64,000 bases of DNA from IMG/VR virus record IMGVR_UViG_3300048597_000249; one strand, 5' to 3'. The notes beneath the pieces are model-generated. The model ran no database searches, had not been told where the DNA came from, and saw only the letters and a program-made list of their open reading frames with translations. Shown one piece after another: positions 1-10,206 of the stretch. Numbering within the stretch: position 1 is the stretch's first letter; every line of letters begins with the position of its first letter. Made by a program: the position numbers and the translations under genes. Source of the DNA: an uncultured virus (IMG/VR IMGVR_UViG_3300048597_000249). Its lineage: Duplodnaviria > Heunggongvirae > Uroviricota > Caudoviricetes.

Positions 1-171
1 TCTCGCACCCAATTCACGCATCGTCACAAACTTATTCGTCGTCGTTACTGGATCAAACTCTGGTTCGCCGTAAATATAATCACTTCTTATTTTTGTCCAC
101 TCAATCGCTCTTCCACCTTTTTGACGCAACTTACGAATTGGACTACTGACGTTAACACTATGATCACTCAT
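1..171 (-). CDS. Partial ORF (runs off window), terminase small subunit-like N-terminal HTH
   Basis: Manual translation from ATG at 171: MSDHSVNVSSPIRKLRQKGGRAIEWTKIRSDYIYGEPEFDPVTTTNKFVTMRELGAR; the W-x-x-I-x-x-x-Y-I-x-G...T-M-R-E-L pattern resembles TerS N-termini. Confidence 0.45.
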   Translation of the reverse strand, partial: MSDHSVNVSSPIRKLRQKGGRAIEWTKIRSDYIYGEPEFDPVTTTNKFVTMRELGAR

Positions 172-442
172 TATCTTTACTGTTTTTAATTTATTTTTAG
201 TAATGAGTAAATTTTAACGTCCATTACTAACTGCGTTTTTGAATCTATCGTTTTTATTTAGTTTGATTAATTTTTTGAAAATATGGATAATGCGTACACC
301 CTGTATGTATCTTTAACCCTTACACAGTAACCATTCTAGCAAGTCTAGGTATCTACATGACTTGAGATCGCAACTATCCTATTATAGTAACAAGCGGGAA
401 AGGAATTCCGCAAACCACATTTTTCAAACGGAGCAAACTAAA

Positions 443-736
443 ATGACAACTGCAATCGCTAACAAGGTTTTAAGTTTTGACGAGTTCAAAAATAAATATG
501 CTCATTTAATTGGTGTTTTTCTGGAGGAAGTCTCCCCTTACGGGGCGGTGGCAAACTATTATGGGGAGTTTGTTATAGAAGATGATGGTGATATGTACGC
601 CATCCATGATAATGAGGGGACTGTACTCCTCTGTTACGACTATGGGGAAGATGTTACCAAGCGCTTCTCCTATGGAGTGAGAAGTTATGCTCATTTTAAT
701 ATGTCCAGATGGGCAGAGCATTACTCGCAAGAGTAA
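443..736 (+). CDS. Hypothetical early protein
   Basis: ORF track 362-736; more likely start is ATG 443 (MTTAIANK) after GGAG. Confidence 0.6.
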   Translation: MTTAIANKVLSFDEFKNKYAHLIGVFLEEVSPYGAVANYYGEFVIEDDGDMYAIHDNEGTVLLCYDYGEDVTKRFSYGVRSYAHFNMSRWAEHYSQE

Positions 737-780
737 TCAAACCCTGGGGAAGTGACTAACCCTGTATATAACGCACATCA

Positions 781-825
781 CCCTAGTCAGAAGTCTGGTT
801 CATAAGGTGCGATACCTTACTAGGG
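781..825 (+). ncRNA. tRNA-like mini-element (acceptor-like stem plus T-arm-like hairpin)
   Basis: CCCTAG/CTAGGG closing stem; TAAGG-TGCGATA-CCTTA 5-bp stem with 7-nt loop. Confidence 0.35.
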
Positions 826-1096
826 TTTGTCCGAAATGACGGTAAACTAGCTACGTTTGGATACACCGTTAGGTCTATCTACTCACTCGATAGAGTGAAA
901 AAAAAATACCTGAGTTAATCACCGTTAGGTATTAACTGGTCTTATCCCTTTGGGGATATATTCTAAACAGTTTGATCCACTAAATTGTCTAGAGTATATA
1001 CCTATACTCCAAAAAAATGATCCACTAGCGTTTAGCGACAATCTAGTGGATCAAAATTAAAAACAATTCACGCGATTATATCGCGATTATCAAGTT

Positions 1097-1798
1097 ATGA
1101 CCACTTCCAATAAATTACGCTCTCTTATCCCTGTACCACCTAGCTTAACGGTACCCTTTGTTAAAAAAAGTACAGACAAAGACGGAAAGGAAAAACAAAC
1201 TTTTCAGACTGGTAACGTTACCTTACGTACACAGTTTGGTGGCGAAAATATTTACCAGTTCGATGCTGTATTAGCGTTATCCGGCAAGGAAACCACACTA
1301 CTAAGCTCGACAATTGATAAAAACCACTCAGTTAAAATCGTCCCCAACCATGGGACTATTAACGCAAAAATGTCACCAATGGGAGAATTCGCGGCAAATA
1401 CTTGCTACGAATTATTTCACGCTATCATCGGCAAAATTGAAGAATCTGCTAGTCAATACAGCGATCTAGGTTGGATGATTTTTACTGGCTTAGTGGAGAC
1501 ATTAAGCATTGATGAAAAAACATACCAGCTTAGTGGTTACTCACCTAAAGCATTGTATGAACAATGTTATTTGCTGAAAAATAAAGTTACAGCGGATAAC
1601 TTACCATTGTTTGTTTTTGTGAATAGCATGGCAAGCAATGTAAAAGAGTTACCACAATCTAGCGATGATATGCCTAAAACCAAAGCAGATCTAAAGCAAT
1701 GGTTAACTGACAACAAGGTTGAATTTTCTAACCAAGCAACATTGGAGGAATTAACCACATTGTATGTGGAAGCGACAAAAGAACCTGTAACAGTGTAG
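1097..1798 (+). CDS. Hypothetical protein with C-terminal HeH/LEM-like domain
   Basis: C-terminal TKADLKQWLTDNKVEFSNQATLEELTTLY resembles the HeH/LEM helix-extension-helix pattern. Confidence 0.55.
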   Translation: MTTSNKLRSLIPVPPSLTVPFVKKSTDKDGKEKQTFQTGNVTLRTQFGGENIYQFDAVLALSGKETTLLSSTIDKNHSVKIVPNHGTINAKMSPMGEFAANTCYELFHAIIGKIEESASQYSDLGWMIFTGLVETLSIDEKTYQLSGYSPKALYEQCYLLKNKVTADNLPLFVFVNSMASNVKELPQSSDDMPKTKADLKQWLTDNKVEFSNQATLEELTTLYVEATKEPVTV

Positions 1799-1878
1799 TA
1801 ACAGTAAGTAGGGTATGGCTTTTTATTTAGCTTTACCCTACTTCTCACAATCTTTTTTTTCAATTAGGGACATTCAAA

Positions 1879-2130
1879 ATGTACGTCAATCAAGTTAACC
1901 TAGTAATTCATCACAACAGCAAACCAATGAATCTAGCAATAGATTTGACCCCATCTTTATATCTTTGTTTACCTAGTGTTAATATCCCTTCTGGTTTGTT
2001 AGTTATGATGTCCGGCAAATTATTTTATGTTGCCATTATTGACAATATAGAATGGGTATTTTTTGTCAAAGAAACTTTAATGGTAAACAATATTGTTAGT
2101 GTTAGCGAAAATAACGCCGCTATTGTTTAA
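1879..2130 (+). CDS. Hypothetical protein
   Basis: 83-aa ORF, co-oriented with neighbours. Confidence 0.45.
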   Translation: MYVNQVNLVIHHNSKPMNLAIDLTPSLYLCLPSVNIPSGLLVMMSGKLFYVAIIDNIEWVFFVKETLMVNNIVSVSENNAAIV

Positions 2131-2144
2131 TCCAAATTGTTAGC

Positions 2145-2175
2145 AGATCGTCATATTATTACGACGATCTTTTTT
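2145..2175 (+). terminator. Rho-independent terminator-like hairpin
   Basis: AGATCGTC/GACGATCT stem followed by a T-run. Confidence 0.55.
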
Positions 2176-2213
2176 CCACAATCTTTTTTTTCACACTACC
2201 CAAGGTATTAATT

Positions 2214-3890
2214 ATGTCCATTGCCGCTATTAAAGAATTATTCACTGCAAAAACAAACCTACAAGCTAATAGAGAAAATGTGATCCATACTTTCCCATAT
2301 TTTGCAGAATTAGATCTAAATTTTGGAACAAAACAAACTTGGGAATTAGTTAACCAAGCATTAGATCTTATCCCCGAAGTGCAAAAACAAGAAAAGATTA
2401 GCGTTGTAAATTATGGAAAATCAGATAATACTGAGAAACACGATTTACAAAGATCTTTAACATTTACCAACAATGGAAAAACTTTGTACATTAGGGATCA
2501 AAGTGAGATAACCACTATAGAAGATAAAATTAAGTCAATATTTGCCGATCTTATTAGCGAAAAAAATAATAAAAACGACAATGCCGATATACATAAATTT
2601 TTGGTAAATACTACTTTACCAACAGTAATTAAAAATGTAGAATTAATTACCCAAGCTAAGATTAACGAAAATGGTAGAAGGAAAGGATTTTACAAGGCAC
2701 AGGGCAAGTTAAAAACTTTACCTAAATCTTGCGATAATCAAGAAAACATGAGACTTAATCAAGCTAAAGCAGACCAAATAGAATTTGTCAGTATTTTTGA
2801 CAATAATTGGTCAACTTTAGAAAACCTTATCAAGTTAAGCATCAATGGTTTAGTTATTTACAATACTGGCGAAAAATTAAAAAGTATTGAAAAAAATATT
2901 ACCAAATTAGAATCACAAGCTATTGAATCTAAAAAAAGATCATTAACTGCACAATCTAAAATTATTGTACAAAAAAATGTAGTCATGGGTGAAAAATCTA
3001 TACCTATGGTGATCAAATTAGATAAAAACAGAGATAGTTATTTACGCAAGTTTGCAGACGGTGAAATGTTATCGGGCAAACTTATTCTGTCCAAAAATGG
3101 TAGTTTATTTTGGGAGAATGCTATAGGTCACATTAAGCCAATAAAAATAGGTGAAATACAACGCATTAAACAAGATAAGCTTATCTGGTATGATAATACC
3201 GCAGATAAATATGCGGATTTATTGAACCAAAATAGGATCAATGATTGTAAAGTAAAATTACACACAGATCATGGTTATAGTCCCTTTGGTATAATATTTC
3301 GGGGATATGATGCGATATACAAGGGTAAAATTATTGCCAAAGCAAAAATTAAACCATATTTCGTGCAAAAACTAATATGGCTAACAAAAATAGAAATAAT
3401 GATAGCCAAGAATGACTTAACCTATGGCGAAATGTTAAGCATCAAAAACGATGCCATCGAAAAATATAGCCATATGTTCGATGAAAAAAACCATAATAAA
3501 ATAATGGACTTAATAAACGATGAAGTTAAAAAGCAAAAAAATAAATACAGTTATTATGTTAAACATGATATAACTTCGGTATTTCGCGCTAATCAGACGT
3601 TAATCGCTAATACTGCGATAAATAAATTAATAAACGATGCTCCAAACAAAATCAAACAAAAAGATTTTAATGACTTTTTGCGAGGATTAAAAAAATTACT
3701 AGCATATGTTAAACCAACTTACAGCGAAAAAAACATAGCTACAGTTTCTTATTTGTTGTTAGACCGTTTTCAGGGGGAAGCTAGAGAAGCATTAAATTAT
3801 ATTTTGCCCGCCATTGCTTATATCAAAGGTAAACATGATGATAGTGCGTTATACACAAAAATAACGCAAGAAATAAATAGCATTATCTAA
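2214..3890 (+). CDS. Large hypothetical early protein (K/N-rich)
   Basis: 558-aa ORF; no motif recognised. Confidence 0.75.
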   Translation: MSIAAIKELFTAKTNLQANRENVIHTFPYFAELDLNFGTKQTWELVNQALDLIPEVQKQEKISVVNYGKSDNTEKHDLQRSLTFTNNGKTLYIRDQSEITTIEDKIKSIFADLISEKNNKNDNADIHKFLVNTTLPTVIKNVELITQAKINENGRRKGFYKAQGKLKTLPKSCDNQENMRLNQAKADQIEFVSIFDNNWSTLENLIKLSINGLVIYNTGEKLKSIEKNITKLESQAIESKKRSLTAQSKIIVQKNVVMGEKSIPMVIKLDKNRDSYLRKFADGEMLSGKLILSKNGSLFWENAIGHIKPIKIGEIQRIKQDKLIWYDNTADKYADLLNQNRINDCKVKLHTDHGYSPFGIIFRGYDAIYKGKIIAKAKIKPYFVQKLIWLTKIEIMIAKNDLTYGEMLSIKNDAIEKYSHMFDEKNHNKIMDLINDEVKKQKNKYSYYVKHDITSVFRANQTLIANTAINKLINDAPNKIKQKDFNDFLRGLKKLLAYVKPTYSEKNIATVSYLLLDRFQGEAREALNYILPAIAYIKGKHDDSALYTKITQEINSII

Positions 3891-3911
3891 CAAATAATTA
3901 AAAATAATAAG

Positions 3912-3942
3912 ATTCTAGGTTAACCACGCCTAGAATTTTTTT
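3912..3942 (+). terminator. Rho-independent terminator
   Basis: ATTCTAGG/CCTAGAAT stem plus T-run right after the 558-aa ORF. Confidence 0.6.
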
Positions 3943-4269
3943 GTCTAATGTCCTATAACAATTTTTTATTTATTTTTTTTACGAAATAATCTTTTTTTTC
4001 AAATCACTACAAAATAAAAATATTTTTTTAACTACTATTTTAAATAAATAGTAGTTTTTTTATCTTCACTGCATTCAATTATTTTTTTCTAGGAGAATTG
4101 TTATGTTTTTTAGCGCAAATAATTTATGTATTTACTTTACTGTTAACGTTATTTTAATTACGTTATTTGTTTTAGTGACGTAGTTAATGGGGGTGTGCCT
4201 TTTATTTTGACTTTACCCCTTACAGCAAAAAAAAAAATAGTCGTCAAGTTTTTCACACCGTAATTAATA

Positions 4270-4503
4270 ATGTCTTTAACAATAAATAAAATGAAAAAAC
4301 CTAGTGTAGAAAGAGGTTGTATTGGTAAAATAAATATTGGTAGATCTTACATTAAGCAATCTGAAAAATTAGCTAAAAAACATAACAAACAATATGGTGT
4401 TTATCAATGTCCTCATTGTGATGGGTATCATCTAACCACTAAGTTAGAAAATAAAGATTTATACGAGTCGTTATTACATATCACTGAAAAATATAATAAT
4501 TAA
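4270..4503 (+). CDS. Small phage zinc-finger protein
   Basis: YQCPHCDGYHLT motif. Confidence 0.6.
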   Translation: MSLTINKMKKPSVERGCIGKINIGRSYIKQSEKLAKKHNKQYGVYQCPHCDGYHLTTKLENKDLYESLLHITEKYNN

Positions 4504-4571
4504 TCTTTTTGTCTTTGTTGTTGTTTTTTTCAAACAGACGTTAAAGAGTTTTTTATCACACGTTTTTAAGC

Positions 4572-4775
4572 GTGTTTTTTATTGTGTCTAATTTCCAAAA
4601 AAGTCTTTGTATTGTTTACGTTGGTATTTTGCTAATATCGGCAAGTTATTTTTTACAAGATTTTTACGAAACTGGTAATTACTTGGAAGCATGGTTAATG
4701 CAGTGGGTATCGTTAAAACAGTGGGTATTGGCTGTACCTAGTGCTGTAGTTGGTATATTATTCGTGCAAGATTAG
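4572..4775 (+). CDS. Small membrane protein (paralog of 15904-16101)
   Basis: Two hydrophobic segments; shared QDF..T.N.L....QW pattern. Confidence 0.6.
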   Translation: MFFIVSNFQKSLCIVYVGILLISASYFLQDFYETGNYLEAWLMQWVSLKQWVLAVPSAVVGILFVQD

Positions 4776-4843
4776 TTATTTTGTATGCCACCATTTTTCA
4801 AACTCACACCTATAATTACAGGGTAAATTACCCTAATCTCACC

Positions 4844-5362
4844 ATGCGCAAAACTTTACTATCGCTTTGCTCAGTCATTACTCTTATGTCGTCTGTAACC
4901 AGTGTCAATGCACAGAGTCGGTTAACGTATCCGTTACAACCGGCAACAAATTCTACTTGCTATATCCAAGGAGGTAGTAATCCAGTTTATTTTCCACATC
5001 AATACAACGACTTAAGTGATATATGCGGATCGCCAAAAATAAAACAAACTACAAATCTTTTTTCAGACATTGACGAAAGATTACAAAGGAATTCTGCGAC
5101 ATTAAGAGAAGCTTCTGATGAAGTTTTTGCCAGATACCAACGAGATATTGCAAAAGCAGTAGCGATTAAAGATCCGTTTGAAAAAGCAGTACGTATGGCT
5201 ATGGCGGAAATGATGTATGAGAACAACAAAGTTGAGATTGGATTAACGACTATTGAGAATGACAATTTGGTAAAAGCGCGTAAGATTTATGAATGTTTAA
5301 GTGATTTTCGTGCTGATGGCGCAACACTGTCTGTCGCAAAAGCTAGTTGTGGAGCGTATTAA
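4844..5362 (+). CDS. Putative secreted protein with signal peptide
   Basis: MRKTLLSLCSVITLMSSVTSVNA signal-like N-terminus from ATG 4844 (ORF track 4781-5362). Confidence 0.55.
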   Translation: MRKTLLSLCSVITLMSSVTSVNAQSRLTYPLQPATNSTCYIQGGSNPVYFPHQYNDLSDICGSPKIKQTTNLFSDIDERLQRNSATLREASDEVFARYQRDIAKAVAIKDPFEKAVRMAMAEMMYENNKVEIGLTTIENDNLVKARKIYECLSDFRADGATLSVAKASCGAY

Positions 5363-5648
5363 CAATGGATAGATATTTCAATACCGAACAATATTCGGGT
5401 AAAGAATTGGATATGTACTATGCTCTAAAACAGTATTGTGTTGAAAATGGTAAGTACGAAATGATAAATCTAATTTTGGAGTATAGAGGTAAGCCAAAAT
5501 ATACTCTTAGCAATTTAGAATACATTGCGTATAAAACAAAATATGATATTTGCACCATGTTACATAAATGGTTGAAAATATCGCAAGGTGTTACTAAGAA
5601 TATGTTCGACAATTTCGATAAAACTTTGAGTAAATATTGTAATTAACT

Positions 5649-5897
5649 ATGAAAATTAAATGTTACGTCACAAACTTTAGTCAAATACTCCAAAGATTTG
5701 TGGAGATACCAGACGAAGAAATTAAAAATCTTTCGTTATCAGAAACATTGTCATTAGTTTTTAAATATGGACAAAATGACTTCCAACCACAAGATTGCCC
5801 ATCGTTATCGGTGGGTGATTTAATTGTTTATGACAATAGTGTATTTATAATTGGTTCCATGGGTTTCACCAATGTTGTTACTGGTGAATTTTTCTAA
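5649..5897 (+). CDS. Hypothetical phage protein
   Basis: VFKYGQNDFQP...SLSVGD motif (YodL-like S-L-S-V-G-D). Confidence 0.55.
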   Translation: MKIKCYVTNFSQILQRFVEIPDEEIKNLSLSETLSLVFKYGQNDFQPQDCPSLSVGDLIVYDNSVFIIGSMGFTNVVTGEFF

Positions 5898-6151
5898 TGT
5901 TGAGATTAGAAAGGTTATGCGATAAGAACTGGGGTTTAACTGGTGTAATGACAGAGGATGTTTTAAATAACGTTATGTCGTTAACTAAGTTAAATCCTTT
6001 CCATCAAAGTGGTACCATTGGTAAATGGTGTTTTGTCGAATTTTGGACAAACAACGAAGAATTAATTTTGGAAGAAGTTTTAAAAACATTTCCAGATATT
6101 TCTTTATAATTTATTTTTTTTTTGTAGCGCAATTTAGTTGCGTTTATTAAT

Positions 6152-6376
6152 ATGTCTGCTATCGCCGTAGAAAAATCCAGTAAATTTTTTATTGTGCGTA
6201 ACCCTAATTGGGGTACATCGTTTTATATGCCATACTGTGACCTCGATAAATGGAACGAAGTCAATGAAAAATTAAATATGCCCGAAATAGATTATGCATT
6301 TATGTCAGAAGGTGGTGGTTTTGTTTTAAACGGTAACAAAATTGCTGATGCGTTAGTAAATTATCAAGTGAATTAG
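6152..6376 (+). CDS. Hypothetical protein
   Basis: 74-aa ORF with GCGCA hairpin leader. Confidence 0.55.
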   Translation: MSAIAVEKSSKFFIVRNPNWGTSFYMPYCDLDKWNEVNEKLNMPEIDYAFMSEGGGFVLNGNKIADALVNYQVN

Positions 6377-6466
6377 TTTTTTCAAACGGTGTGATGTTAC
6401 ACCAAAAAAAAAAATGCGAAAGCGTTAACATGATTATTTTTCAATCGATTATACGGAGTAATTACC

Positions 6467-6721
6467 ATGAATTTTTCCAGTTTTCGTTTTTTCGTTGAAA
6501 AAAATATCATCGATGCTAGTGCGGGTATTTTTGAAGCATTTATTTGCGGGGATAATACAGGTTTGTTTGAATTCCAAATGAATCAAGTTTGTATCACATA
6601 CCGTAACGCAGAATGGACTTATAGTTTTCGTGGTTGTATCGGATATGGTGAAACTTTAGTTGATGCTATTGCCGACGAAGAGAAAAATTATAATGCGGCA
6701 TGGTTAGCGCAAATCGCGTAA
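6467..6721 (+). CDS. Hypothetical protein
   Basis: 84-aa ORF with GGAG upstream. Confidence 0.55.
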   Translation: MNFSSFRFFVEKNIIDASAGIFEAFICGDNTGLFEFQMNQVCITYRNAEWTYSFRGCIGYGETLVDAIADEEKNYNAAWLAQIA

Positions 6722-7135
6722 TTATTTAAGCTTTTTTTTACTCGCGAAAGCTCGTCAGAATTTATTTTCGACGTAAATAAAAATAATAGTTGTTACTTTC
6801 GCTTCACTCAGTTGTTCGATTTTCTCGGCGTTATTAAATAACGTCTTTTTTTTATGTCGCAAATTTCACTTCCTACATTCGTAAAATTAAATAAAGATAA
6901 ATTGTTTGAGAAAACTTATCCTGAATGGTCTAAAACATTACGTAAATACGCTAAAAGATTTATTAACGGCGAAGAATGTGATATTTCACAATTTTTATGC
7001 GATGAAGCAAGAAATTATTATAATTCTTACATTACGCAATTAAACTTATACAAATAACCATACTCTGCGTGTGTATATTTTGCGCAGAATAAATAAACAA
7101 AACAATATTTTTTAACCTGTTCTTTTCAATTTACT

Positions 7136-7366
7136 ATGTCTAACTTCGTTCTTACTCCGGCTTACGGTCGTGATTACAAAAACAAAAAAGAATTGCTAGA
7201 AGATTTAAATTCTGGCAAAGATTTTGTTGCTAATTCTTTCAGTGGTACAACGTATATTAATCGTCAAGAACTTGATAAACTGGCTACCCAAGTTCAAATT
7301 CGGTACGGCAATCAACTTAAAGTGATGGTGGCGAAATTTTCGGCACAAAAGAACTGCTGGGTTTAA
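7136..7366 (+). CDS. Conserved hypothetical phage protein
   Basis: LTPAYGRDYK...GKDF motif recalled from phage hypothetical proteins. Confidence 0.6.
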   Translation: MSNFVLTPAYGRDYKNKKELLEDLNSGKDFVANSFSGTTYINRQELDKLATQVQIRYGNQLKVMVAKFSAQKNCWV

Positions 7367-7382
7367 TGCGTCGTAATTATAA

Positions 7383-7715
7383 ATGGGGTAGAATTTTGCG
7401 CACTCTTCCCCATATACATCACCACTTTTTTTCGCCCTTACGCAGTGAAAGCATGAACCTACGATTGTCCACGAGGTAAGGAGAAAATTTTGAGTAGCAA
7501 AAATTTCGACGCAAGTGCAACGTCCTCTTGACAAGGAAAGTAGGTGAATGATTTAAGAAAGCGGGAGGAAAAAACGTGCAACTATAACCCACCAGTGTCT
7601 AACCATACTGTTAGCGCTCCAAAAACAACCCTTTAAGACGTGTTAATGCGTCGTTAAAGGATTTGTATCCCGTCGTGATATCACGACGTAAAAAGCGTAT
7701 TTATGCGCCGATATG
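7383..7715 (+). ncRNA. Candidate structured non-coding RNA
   Basis: About 400-bp gap without a + strand ORF containing nested complementary segments (ACCTAC/GTAGGT, TTGTC/GACAA, GAGG/CCTC, GACG/CGTC). Confidence 0.45.
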
Positions 7716-7770
7716 ATTACTTTTATTTTGTTCTTTTCTTTTTCAGCGCACCTAGAGTGCGTTTTTTATT

Positions 7771-8238
7771 ATGTCGCAATCTACTCTTGTACTTAACGGA
7801 CAAACTGGTTATCCCATTTCTTACGCTGGTTTGAAAAAACAAGATTTTAACCACTTACACAATGTAAGAACGTTAGTCGAGATGAAAAAAAATAAATCGG
7901 TAATTAAAAAAGATACCGAAGAAAAAATAAATAAAATAAAAAATTACACCAGTGTTAAAGATAAATTGTTATCTTTTTTCAAACTGAAAACAATTAATGG
8001 ACAATCTTGCGTTGAGTTATCTGAGTTAAGTATTTTTTGTAAAAAGTCGTTTTTAGAACGGATTAAGTCTATTCAGTTAAAAAATGATTGTCGGTGTAAT
8101 AGCACTGGAAAATTAATCATTGTTCCAGATTGGATTGAACGCAAAAAATATATTTCTTTTTCTTGGTTGTTGGAAGTGATAGTGTCAAATTACGGCGCTA
8201 AATACTTTCATAGTGTTTGGTTGCGTCGATTAGTTTAA
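7771..8238 (+). CDS. Hypothetical protein
   Basis: 155-aa ORF with GCGCAC hairpin leader. Confidence 0.6.
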   Translation: MSQSTLVLNGQTGYPISYAGLKKQDFNHLHNVRTLVEMKKNKSVIKKDTEEKINKIKNYTSVKDKLLSFFKLKTINGQSCVELSELSIFCKKSFLERIKSIQLKNDCRCNSTGKLIIVPDWIERKKYISFSWLLEVIVSNYGAKYFHSVWLRRLV

Positions 8239-8591
8239 CTTATCTATTTTTCAATTAAGATAAGTTAACAATATGGGGTATACCTTTCAAATTGGGTTTA
8301 CCCCCTAACACAATTTTTTTTTCAGAAAACGCTACAACCTTTACTGCGTGTAGTTTTCAGCGATTGAAAAAAGACATAAAGAATAATCAAGTATGTTGAT
8401 GAGGTTATAAATTTCGTTTTTATACCGGTCAAAACCTTACTACACAAGGGTTTCAACCCTATAAGGAGAAAGAGTATGAGGTATTAGGGGGGTAAATAGT
8501 AACCTTCGTATATTATGACTATTAATCGTCCTCCTTTGGATGCCGTTTGAAATGTAACCAATTTTAGTAATATGTTACAATTATAATTATT

Positions 8592-10109
8592 ATGACCTAT
8601 AATAAAATTAAAACTTGTAACGAGGAAAGAATCGTGGATGAATCAGTATTGTTAAAAGACAGAATTTGTATTACGGGATTAGAAGGATGTGGTAAGAGCA
8701 GTGGGTTATTTGATTTGTTAAAAGATCGTGTTACAGAAAAAGAGCCAGTGTTGTTTGTTTATCAGACTTATAGGTTGATGCAAGAGCAAATAGAAAGTTG
8801 GTCAGAACGGTATAGTATCCCGAAAAATCAATTTGTTATTTGTGGACATAGTGACAACGGACATAAAGAAATTATTGAAAAGTTTACTAATCCCGAAGCA
8901 CCGGAAGTTGTACCTGACAATGCTCGTTTTGTGTTTTACTCACAATCGTATTTACAACGTTGTCGCCATCAGCAATTAGTGTTTGAAAATAATAAGCGCA
9001 AATTTAGTCGAATTATTTTAGATGAGTTTGATTACACAAAGTCTATTATTCCAACATTCGATTACCAATTTAGCAATGTGATGAATGCCGATTTGGTAAA
9101 AGAACAAGAAGTTAAGTTTATTAAATGGATGAGTTTAAATTACTCTCAAGGTGATGTAAATAGAATCAAGTATGCGAAATATCAACATAATGATGGTTTT
9201 GTTTTGGCGTATTGGTTGCATACATCAGACATTCCAGTAATGTTTTTAACATCGGAAGAAATTTCGTCAAAATTATTACAAGCAATTGGGTTTGATGTTT
9301 ATCACCATGGAGTTAGTCAATTTACAGATTGTTTAGTCAATATTGAACCTGCCGATTATATTAACGATATGTTTTTCAACAAGATGAACATTCATAATAT
9401 TTGGCGTAAGTTTGAATACGATGTAATTATCTCTAATAAAATCGACAGTCATTATCAAACAAGTATAGAAGTGTTAGAAAGACCTGTTGCCGTACCTCAC
9501 ATTACGGCTAAAGGTAGTAATGAATATCGTGGATCTGATATTTTGACAATTATCTCGAATATACCTGACAAAGCGATTAAAATTATTCGAGATGTGTTTA
9601 ATTTTTACAATTATGACTATACGTTTCAAGAGGTAAAAGGATTATATTATAAAGCACAATTACTACAATCAATTGGTCGGGTTATCGGTTATCGAGGATC
9701 GAAACAAACTGATGTTGTTGTTCATAAATCAATTTGGGAAGCGATTAAAGATAATGTTACGTTGCCCTATAACGTTAATGACAAATGGTCATTAGAGTTC
9801 GAACATAAAGAAAAAATTATCGAATATGTCAAAACGGTAAAAACTGAAAATCGTCGTAAACAAGCTAATCCTAAATTGAATATTACATCTTACGGAATGT
9901 TGAAAAAACATTTTGTTGAAAGTGAGGGTCGTTGTTTATCTGCAAAAGAGGTTACGCAGTATTTAAAACAACATAAAATTATGAACAAATCTGGAACTGG
10001 TACTTTACCTGTGACAAAAATTGCTGATTATTTTGGAAAAGAGATTGTTGTCAAAAAAATTAAAGGTAAGGCTACTCGTTGTTTAATTGGTTTAGATTAT
10101 GCAATTTAG
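8592..10109 (+). CDS. SF2-like helicase / origin-binding-type protein
   Basis: Walker A GLEGCGKS, Walker B IILDEFD, motif VI-like QSIGRVIGYRG; possible C-terminal winged helix. Confidence 0.65.
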   Translation: MTYNKIKTCNEERIVDESVLLKDRICITGLEGCGKSSGLFDLLKDRVTEKEPVLFVYQTYRLMQEQIESWSERYSIPKNQFVICGHSDNGHKEIIEKFTNPEAPEVVPDNARFVFYSQSYLQRCRHQQLVFENNKRKFSRIILDEFDYTKSIIPTFDYQFSNVMNADLVKEQEVKFIKWMSLNYSQGDVNRIKYAKYQHNDGFVLAYWLHTSDIPVMFLTSEEISSKLLQAIGFDVYHHGVSQFTDCLVNIEPADYINDMFFNKMNIHNIWRKFEYDVIISNKIDSHYQTSIEVLERPVAVPHITAKGSNEYRGSDILTIISNIPDKAIKIIRDVFNFYNYDYTFQEVKGLYYKAQLLQSIGRVIGYRGSKQTDVVVHKSIWEAIKDNVTLPYNVNDKWSLEFEHKEKIIEYVKTVKTENRRKQANPKLNITSYGMLKKHFVESEGRCLSAKEVTQYLKQHKIMNKSGTGTLPVTKIADYFGKEIVVKKIKGKATRCLIGLDYAI

Positions 10110-10206
10110 TTACGGAGATTAAAAATGAAAATTGTGAAAGTCGAATTTACTGGTGAAGATCGTCACGAAAAAGTTGCTGATTATTTTCGGCGCTATCACC
10201 CTTTCG

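Noticed and set aside
7383..7715. Cobalamin riboswitch (given the B12-dependent RNR)
   Set aside because: No B12-box or GGGAA/GCCACTG consensus recognised, and it is far from nrdJ
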